Program-made: the position numbers and the translations under genes
IMG/VR virus record: IMGVR_UViG_2939319381_000001
Location: 1-64,000 of that record
Reading direction: 5' to 3' (one strand)
Length of the DNA: 64,000 bases
Origin: a virus
Taxonomy: Duplodnaviria; Caudoviricetes
In this document: piece by piece, positions 58,001-64,000 of the stretch
Layout: every line of letters begins with the position of its first letter
Position numbering within the stretch: position 1 is the stretch's first letter
The notes under the pieces: model-generated
The model's input: the letters and a program-made list of their open reading frames with translations, nothing else
What the model was told of the DNA's origin: nothing
The model's database searches: none

Positions 58001-60499
58001 GCCGCCGGAGTCGACGAAGCGGACGGGTGGGGCAAAGCCCTGATCGGCCTGAACGGGGCGGTCGACACCACCACGAAGAACGGGCAGCAGCTTTTCTCCA
58101 CCCTGGACTCGATCGCTGACAGCTCCGCGTCCGCAGCCGTCGCCGCGTACGACTTCGCACAGTCGCAGGGCAAGTCCGTACCCCAGTCGATCGCCGCAGC
58201 CACGAAGGAGATGCAGAAGGGGAGGGACGCTGCCACCAAGCTGATTGGCAGCTACGACGTCGGGGCCGATGAAGCCGCCAAGATGGCGGACGCCATGGGC
58301 CTGATCCCGGGCCGAGTGTCGATCCTCCTGCAGACCAAGGGCGTCGACACCGCCCTCGCGGAGCTGCTCGGTGTGCAGGCCGAGTTCGAGCGGTTCCCCA
58401 CCAAGAAGACCATCAAGGTCGACGCACTCGGCGAGGAAGCGAAGAAGGAACTCGAGGACATCGGGTACCAGATCAAGCTGATCCCGGGCACCCGCGAATA
58501 CAAGATCACCGCGCCTACGGCAGCCGCCCGCACCGAACTCAATCTTCTCATTGCGAAACTCGGTGAGACGAACGGCAAGACCGTCGAGATCGACGCCAAA
58601 ACCCAGGGCGCGATCACCGACCTGGAAACCCTCCAGGCGAAGGTGAAGGGCACCAAGGGCACGACTGTCACGATGAAGGTGCCCACCGAGGAGGGGCGCC
58701 GACAGCTCGAACAGCTCGGCTTCAAAATCAAGTCCACCAAGGGCAAGACGGTCACCATCGCGGTCCCCACTGGCGGCCAGAAGGCGGCCGTGCAGTCCCT
58801 CGCCGCCGCCATCGCCGGCCTGAAGGACCGCACCGTCACCATCCGCACCATCGAGGTGACCGACCGGCGGATCACGAACACCGTCACCGGCGAGACCCGC
58901 TCCCGCACCAAGCTCCGCGCCGGCGCCCAAGCCGACGGCAGCGTCCTCAGCTTCTATGCCGGTGGCGGCATGAACACCCCCGGCGCCTTCCCCCGAGGGG
59001 AGAACCACACCGCACAGATCGCCCCCGCCGGCGCATGGCGCGTGTGGGCCGAGGACGAGACCGGCGGCGAGGCGTACATCCCCCTCGCCCCGTCGAAGCG
59101 CGGCCGCTCCCGGGCCATCACTGAGGAGACGATCCGCCGCCTCGGCGGTGACCCGAAGACCGTGCAGTGGAAAGCAGACGGCGGGGTCGTCTCGTTCGCG
59201 GACGGCGGGTTCTCCTACACCCCGACCGGGATGCGCCGCGACACCTCCTCCGTGCAGTCCTCGTACGCCGAATCCCACCAGCCGATCGACAAGGACGCCT
59301 ACCTCAAGAAGGTCCGCGCCCGGAAGAACGCAGTCGACAACCTGCGCGCGGCCGAGGCGAGGCTGAACCAGGTGCGCCGGGGCAAGCACACGCACGCCCA
59401 GCTTGTAGCCGCTGAGACCCGGGTGGCGAAGGCGCGCCGCAGTGTCGCCACCGCCACGGACGCCGCCCAGAAGGCCGAGGCCCGGTACAAGAAGAAGTTC
59501 AGCCTGGGCGACTGGCAGAAGACCCTCAAGTCTGCGGTGTCGGCGAACGCCTCGTACGAGTCGAACCTGCGGGCGATCACGAACCGCGGTGGCGGCGACG
59601 TGGTCGACCAGCTCCGTGACCTCGGGGAAGAGGGCGCCGCGATGGTGTCGGCCCTCGCCCGCGCGTCGAAGAAGCAGTTCGCGGACATCGTCGCGAACCT
59701 GCGGAAGCTCGGCCCGCTAGCGAAGGCATCCCTGGCCGACTACACCAAGCAGCTCACCGCTTCCACCAAGACGTCCAGCGCGTTCCAGGCCAACCTTGCG
59801 AAGCTCGCCTCCATGGGGTACGGCGACCTCGCCACCCAACTCGCCGGTCAGGGCGATGAGGCGTCCCAGAAGCTCGCTGCGGAGGCCGTGAAGAACAAGG
59901 CTGCGGCCGGCTCGGCAGACAAGGCGGCGAAGGCGTCGGCGAAGACCCTGTCGGACGACGATCTGCAGCAGCTCCTCGCCATTATCGCCGCGGTGAAAAC
60001 GTCCAAGACCGGCCTGCACGCGGTCGCGGACACCACTGGGATCGGTGAGGACGAGGTCATCACCGTCGCCAACAAGGCCAGCACGCAGATCAAGGCGTCC
60101 CTCGGCTCCCGCGCCACCCAGTTCCTGGCCGACCTCGCCCGCGCCAACAAGGGCTTGTCCTACGCCGACGGGGGGATCCGGGAGGGTATCTACGCCACCC
60201 GCGGCGGCGCCGTGACCTTTGCCGAGCCCTCCACCGGCGGGGAGGCGTACATCCCTCTCGGGGCGAGCAAGCGTGGCCCGGCCACGAATGTCCTCCGGGA
60301 CGTGGCGTCCCGGTTCGGCGTCGGCCTCACCGACGTCGCTACCAGTCGCCCGATGGTCATCGTCCGGGAGGGTGGCGACACCTACGTCACCGTCCCCGCT
60401 GTCCGCACCGGGGCCTCCGGGTCCGACATCGGCGCCCAGGTCGGACGCAGCGTCCGCAGGGCTCGCAGGGGAGGGGTGAACGCCCGTGCCGCCGCTTGA
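55079..60499 (+). CDS. tape measure protein (TP901-type core)
   Basis: 1806 aa, Ala-rich; ELAKAGF...AGTTLR core; N-terminal 14-aa ARTAGR repeats; two AE..TGGEAYIPL motifs. Confidence 0.97.
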   Translation: MANWNLSVDLRGHGNDLAQSLKSASKHARTLGTHARAARSDVRELGRASQTASRHIRTLGNEARTAGRHVSTFGNHARTAGRNLGRYGDAARTANRHLNSLGGNSRTAGRDLARMSNQIDSAVRDLNRLAQAAQRASTGMRGVGSGGTRSLRQMRAETGRLRHQLTGLAALMSGGALVMGFGGMIKHGNEYQQSMNTFGAVTSATAIQMQRAAATANQLGGDLTLPAATAAGAAESMVELAKAGFRTDQAISATRASLTLASAANVSAADSARYLGDMMDQFGMGADQASRAADTLAATANNASGDIIDIYYAMKYAGPVAHGLGVSMEEAASAVGMLGKAGILGQTAGTTLRGMMANLAAPTKQMKQGLTDMGIEAWDATGKFKGLRYVIEGLSKAQHSMTQQDFTAAVKKSMGKPAMSGAIALAHQGTDSFDGLMAAVTRTGAASDIAAAKGLGLAGSMVQLKAKSEQAGLAIYTGIAPGLEYMIRGLTTGISNATPRIEAFFKYLNDAATLFGPDVSSAARSTFNGIGDAAKGMLEPFKEIGGDAVASALHVLLSVGQMVVTVLENLTKGAEPVAEALGEVAGKGEGVATALDVVVFVLDAATSAVSALSAVLGPIGALVGVLVSGFASLPGPVQAAVLSMLLMRRVGPIAQTLAGNIGGRLTGAYQSLNQQMAVQRSLAATSGQSLTRYGAAMAVLQTRVPVIGAVGSAFRTAAVQGNRFTGTLRGVSAAAGAGMRGAMSGLSGALGGPWGLAMVGATMLLGTYLSAQQDAAAAAAQHKASVDGLTSALRESNGAITENVRTQAAQTLADTKITQKNIGVNTSLMKVLENKGHTLQDVTDAYLGQRGSIKDLAAEMESLAKKELEKGGDGSAKRVTEYGLAAKALRGMSGDAETAAKNAKDLDNAVSGRGVTAYSRLKDAVGALADKTADADSRTRALRDALDLLSGGSVSLQAAQARVNEAITQANESLAAGVDEADGWGKALIGLNGAVDTTTKNGQQLFSTLDSIADSSASAAVAAYDFAQSQGKSVPQSIAAATKEMQKGRDAATKLIGSYDVGADEAAKMADAMGLIPGRVSILLQTKGVDTALAELLGVQAEFERFPTKKTIKVDALGEEAKKELEDIGYQIKLIPGTREYKITAPTAAARTELNLLIAKLGETNGKTVEIDAKTQGAITDLETLQAKVKGTKGTTVTMKVPTEEGRRQLEQLGFKIKSTKGKTVTIAVPTGGQKAAVQSLAAAIAGLKDRTVTIRTIEVTDRRITNTVTGETRSRTKLRAGAQADGSVLSFYAGGGMNTPGAFPRGENHTAQIAPAGAWRVWAEDETGGEAYIPLAPSKRGRSRAITEETIRRLGGDPKTVQWKADGGVVSFADGGFSYTPTGMRRDTSSVQSSYAESHQPIDKDAYLKKVRARKNAVDNLRAAEARLNQVRRGKHTHAQLVAAETRVAKARRSVATATDAAQKAEARYKKKFSLGDWQKTLKSAVSANASYESNLRAITNRGGGDVVDQLRDLGEEGAAMVSALARASKKQFADIVANLRKLGPLAKASLADYTKQLTASTKTSSAFQANLAKLASMGYGDLATQLAGQGDEASQKLAAEAVKNKAAAGSADKAAKASAKTLSDDDLQQLLAIIAAVKTSKTGLHAVADTTGIGEDEVITVANKASTQIKASLGSRATQFLADLARANKGLSYADGGIREGIYATRGGAVTFAEPSTGGEAYIPLGASKRGPATNVLRDVASRFGVGLTDVATSRPMVIVREGGDTYVTVPAVRTGASGSDIGAQVGRSVRRARRGGVNARAAA

Positions 60500-61388
60500 G
60501 CTGACGGACTGGCAGTACGACCTGGGCGGTGTCCTCATGGGCGCCGGTACGTCCATCCAGGTCATCGAGACGTCCGGGCTAGGGCGGCCCCCGGTCCGGG
60601 ACTCCGATGTCGACCAGCCGTCCATGGACGGGGTCTTCGCCGGCAGGGACTACTACGGCGCCCGCCAGGTCCAGATCGACGCCGCGATCAATGTCCCCGG
60701 GAACCCGGCCGCGTGCCACGACATCATCGCCGCGCTCCAGGCCGACGCCGACGACGAGGGCGTTCGTCTGGCCGGCGGGGTCACGATGCCGCTGCGGATC
60801 CTCCGCCCGGGCCGCCCCGTCAAGCGCCTCGACGGGCGCCTGCGCCGCGTGGACCCCGAGTTCCGGCGGGTCATCCACGGCTACGTCCCCCTCGACCTGG
60901 AGTTCATCGCCACCGACCCCAGGTTCTACGCCGACGAGGAGACCACCACCGAGATCCCTCTCGGCTGGCTCACCGGCGGCGGATTCGCGGCCCCCGTCGT
61001 CGCCCCGATCTACGTCCAGTCCGGCACCGTCGCAGCCGACCGCCCGGGCTGGGCCCACAACCTCGGCACCGGCGCCGCGTGGCCCGTCATCCGGATCACC
61101 GGGCCCGTCGCCAACGTGAGCGTCATCCACTCCACCAGCGGCCGACGCCTCGACCTCCCCACCCTCACCCTCACGGCCGGCCAGTGGGTGGAGATCGACA
61201 CCCGGCCCGGCCACCGCACCGTGACCAGGGAGAACGGCGGCAACGCGTCCGCACTGCTCACCCCGTCATCCCGTATTGACCTGTTCTCCCTGCCGCCCGG
61301 GCCGTCCGAGATCCGATGGACCGGCTTCGACGCCACGAACACGGCCCGCCTCCGCCTGACCTGGCGCGACGCCTACACAGCCCTCTGA
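60486..61388 (+). CDS. distal tail protein (Dit)
   Basis: First gene after the tape measure; ATDPRFY and WPVIRITGPV.N motifs. Confidence 0.85.
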   Translation: MPPLELTDWQYDLGGVLMGAGTSIQVIETSGLGRPPVRDSDVDQPSMDGVFAGRDYYGARQVQIDAAINVPGNPAACHDIIAALQADADDEGVRLAGGVTMPLRILRPGRPVKRLDGRLRRVDPEFRRVIHGYVPLDLEFIATDPRFYADEETTTEIPLGWLTGGGFAAPVVAPIYVQSGTVAADRPGWAHNLGTGAAWPVIRITGPVANVSVIHSTSGRRLDLPTLTLTAGQWVEIDTRPGHRTVTRENGGNASALLTPSSRIDLFSLPPGPSEIRWTGFDATNTARLRLTWRDAYTAL

Positions 61389-61398
61389 GGAGCACGGC

Positions 61399-62340
61399 AT
61401 GACCCTCGAACCCCGGCCGATCCTCACCGACGGCGCCACTCACCCCGCCCAGCAGTTCCGCAATCTTGTCTCCGACCTCGCCCGGGACAACGAAGGCGTG
61501 ACCCGAGGAACTGACCTGAAAGTGACCCAGCTCGGCACTCCTGGCGGCTCCGTTCAGGTGTCGTCGGGAACAGGGCTGGTCCGTGGCCGGTACCAGGCCT
61601 ACCAGGGGACCTACGCGGTCATGAACGTCGGCTCCGCCAATGTGGACATTGCGCCCACCGGCGGTAGCCCGCGCTCCGACATGCTCATCATCCGCGTCGA
61701 GGACAGGGAGTACGAAGGGAACATCGACCCAGCAACGGGGCAGGTCAACTACTTCCAGATCATCTCGAACGTCAGCTCGTCCGCCACCACGATCCCCGAC
61801 GGGCGCACCGGGATCCCCCTGGCCCGGATCGACATCCCCGCATCCACGTCCACGATCACCGACGCGTACATCAAGGACATACGGCAGGTCGCAAACCCCC
61901 GCCGCGACCGGCAAATGTTCCCCCACTCCCCGGCTTCCGCCTCCACCGAAATCACCGGCAGCGCCAGTTCCTGGGGGTACTTCACCACCGAGGCCGGCTG
62001 GAGCCTGGCCGTCCCGGCATGGGCCAGCCGGGCCCTGATCCGCATCGACATGTACAGCGTTCGTCTCTCCACCGCCAACTTCTACGGGGCGGTCCGCGCC
62101 GTGTTCGGGTCCTCCCTCCTCGTTGTCCAGGCGGTCTCCGTCGATGACAACCAGGGGACCGCCGTACGCCGCATCAACGTGGGCGTCGCCGACACCATCA
62201 CCATCCCCGACTCCTACCGGGGAACCACCCAGCTCCTGCGCCCCCAGGCCGCCGGCTACTCCGGGAACGCCGGCCGGATCAGCGTCGATGGGTCCTCGAC
62301 CTTCGTGTACGAGGTCGAGTTCTACGAGGGCCCCCGATGA
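61399..62340 (+). CDS. minor tail / baseplate protein
   Basis: PRSDMLIIRVEDREY...IPLARIDIPA...IKDIR. Confidence 0.75.
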   Translation: MTLEPRPILTDGATHPAQQFRNLVSDLARDNEGVTRGTDLKVTQLGTPGGSVQVSSGTGLVRGRYQAYQGTYAVMNVGSANVDIAPTGGSPRSDMLIIRVEDREYEGNIDPATGQVNYFQIISNVSSSATTIPDGRTGIPLARIDIPASTSTITDAYIKDIRQVANPRRDRQMFPHSPASASTEITGSASSWGYFTTEAGWSLAVPAWASRALIRIDMYSVRLSTANFYGAVRAVFGSSLLVVQAVSVDDNQGTAVRRINVGVADTITIPDSYRGTTQLLRPQAAGYSGNAGRISVDGSSTFVYEVEFYEGPR

Positions 62341-63443
62341 CCACGACTCCGGGCCGGGTCCTCACGCAGCACGCCCTGACGGGGGAGTGGCTGTCGACCG
62401 CCCTGCCGCTGGGCGACCTGGAGTACGGGCCCGAGCTCAACGGCCCCGGCAGCCTGTCCGGGACCCTGTCGCCGCGTCTCCTGTCCCAGCACCCCGCCCT
62501 CATCGACCCGGGCACCACCCTCATCTACGTCGAGGCCGACGGGGAACTCCGCTGGGGGGGCCTGGTGTGGCACCTGGAGATGGAAGGCGACCAGCTCCGC
62601 CTGGAAGCGGCGGGCTGGTCGTCGTACCTGCAGAAGCGCCGCGACCTTGACGGGAACTACGGCGGCCGCGGCCCGTACGTGAACGCCGACCCGTGCAACG
62701 TGATTCGGGACATCTGGGCGTACGCGCAGAGCATCGCCGACGGAAACCTGGGTGTCGTCGTCGACTCGACTACGTCGACCGCGAAGGTCGGCACCCCGGC
62801 GGAGCCACTCGCCTCACCATTCTGGGAGAAACCCGTCCTGGGCGACGCAGCCGACAACCTCGTTTCCGGTGAGGCCACCCCCGACTACACCTGCTCGGTC
62901 GCCTGGAATCCGGGCAAGACCGCCCCGGTGCGCCGGATCCGCCTCGGCTGGCCACGGCTCGGCGCCCGCCGCACCGACATCACCTTCAGCTCAGGCGTGA
63001 ACATCCTCGAGGACCCACCGGTAACGATGGCCGCCGACGACTACGCCCAGGTCGTCATCGCCACCGGCGAAGGCGACGGCTCCGCGAAACCGTCCGAAAT
63101 CTCCGCCGTACGCAACGGTCGCCTCCGCCTGGAACACCTCATCGACATCCCGGACGTGAAGGGCCGCGACATCCTCGCCTCCCGCGCGGCCGCCGAACGC
63201 GCCCGCCGCCAGAACCTCGGCAGCGTCGACCAGATCGTCCTCCGCGACACCAGCGCCGCACCCTTCGGCAGCTGGCAGGTCGGCGACGACGTGTACACCC
63301 GCGTCAACAACGCCTGGACCACCTACGTCGGCTGGCGGCGCATCACCGGATGGCGCACCCAGCCCCACGCACAAGGCGGCCCCCGCGCCGTCATCGACCT
63401 CCAGCCCGCCGACTCCTACCAGTACGGAGGGGTCACCTCATGA
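62337..63443 (+). CDS. minor tail hub (Tal-like) protein
   Basis: LNGPGSLSG, RWGGLVW and VIATGEGDG motifs. Confidence 0.8.
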   Translation: MTTTPGRVLTQHALTGEWLSTALPLGDLEYGPELNGPGSLSGTLSPRLLSQHPALIDPGTTLIYVEADGELRWGGLVWHLEMEGDQLRLEAAGWSSYLQKRRDLDGNYGGRGPYVNADPCNVIRDIWAYAQSIADGNLGVVVDSTTSTAKVGTPAEPLASPFWEKPVLGDAADNLVSGEATPDYTCSVAWNPGKTAPVRRIRLGWPRLGARRTDITFSSGVNILEDPPVTMAADDYAQVVIATGEGDGSAKPSEISAVRNGRLRLEHLIDIPDVKGRDILASRAAAERARRQNLGSVDQIVLRDTSAAPFGSWQVGDDVYTRVNNAWTTYVGWRRITGWRTQPHAQGGPRAVIDLQPADSYQYGGVTS

Positions 63444-64000
63444 GCACCGACATCGGCCAGATGATTGTCGACCTGCAACGCCGCATGCAGAAAGTCGAGG
63501 CCCAGTCCCGGCTCAAGTCCGCGTCCCTGGACGACGCCGCGCTCGTAGTCCGCGACGGCGCCGGGTCTTTGCGTGCGGTCGTGGGTCAGCAGGGCGACGG
63601 CACCACCGCGGTGAACGTCGTCAACGGGGCACCCCCGCCGACCCCGTCCACCCCGACCGCGGCCCCGGCGCTCGGCGGTGTCTCCGCGGGGTGGGACGGG
63701 ATGTTCGCTGACGGTGCGGTCATCCCCCTGGACTGGGCCCGTGTCGAGGTCCACGCCTCCCCGGACACCGGGTTCACCCCCACCGCAGACACGCTCGTCG
63801 CGACGATCGAAACAGCCCAGGGCGGCATCGTCTACGTTCCCGCCACCGTGCCCCAGTACGTACGGCTCCTGGCCCGCAACACCTCCGGGGCCGCCTCGGA
63901 CCCGACGGTGCAGGTCGGCCCGTACGCGCCGAAGCCGGTAGCAGGGGAGATCGGCATCGGGGAGATCACCGAGACTCTCATCGCCGACGGGGCGGTGACC
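63440..64000 (+). CDS. tail fibre / minor tail protein with FN3-like domain (truncated by the window edge)
   Basis: ATGA-coupled ORF open to the end; coiled coil then WDG...VEVHAS...YVRLLARNTSG. Confidence 0.75.
   Translation, partial: MSTDIGQMIVDLQRRMQKVEAQSRLKSASLDDAALVVRDGAGSLRAVVGQQGDGTTAVNVVNGAPPPTPSTPTAAPALGGVSAGWDGMFADGAVIPLDWARVEVHASPDTGFTPTADTLVATIETAQGGIVYVPATVPQYVRLLARNTSGAASDPTVQVGPYAPKPVAGEIGIGEITETLIADGAVT

Larger units (their letters stand above)
1..64000. mobile_element. Streptomyces-type temperate phage / conjugative phage-plasmid (partial)
   Basis: Siphovirus head and tail operon together with a rep gene carrying iterons, a GntR/TraB transfer region and phage early genes; no host housekeeping genes seen. 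Confidence 0.9.

Noticed and set aside
1-64000. Integrase/att site, lysis genes, tRNA, rRNA
   Set aside because: No supporting motifs seen; they may lie outside the window

Overview
High-GC actinobacterial DNA, most likely from a Streptomyces element. The window looks like most of a temperate siphovirus-type phage that is also a conjugative plasmid (a phage-plasmid organised like pZL12/phiZL12). Layout: (i) 0.5-15.8 kb, rightward early/middle genes including RusA, two HNH nucleases, WhiB, SSB, DUF262, a LuxR-type HTH and NERD; (ii) 15.9-31.3 kb, a mostly leftward arm with an intact type III polyketide synthase, an adjacent MmyB-family (XRE + ligand-binding) regulator, a TnpB-RHH cassette, a replication initiator with internal iterons, a GIY-YIG-GntR fusion and a KorSA/TraR-like GntR repressor; (iii) 31.6-42.3 kb, a spread/transfer operon ending in a TraB/FtsK translocase, followed by a stand-alone copy of the TraB winged helix, a HIT hydrolase and an NDT-like enzyme; (iv) 43-64 kb, a terminase-portal-capsid-tail morphogenesis operon cut off by the window edge. 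No integrase, lysis cassette, tRNA, rRNA or CRISPR array was seen. The most notable feature is the phage-borne polyketide synthase/receptor-like regulator pair, a candidate small-molecule signalling system. A 19-bp palindromic operator also overlaps four predicted sigma70-type promoters. All protein calls come from motif recognition by eye; no database searches were run.
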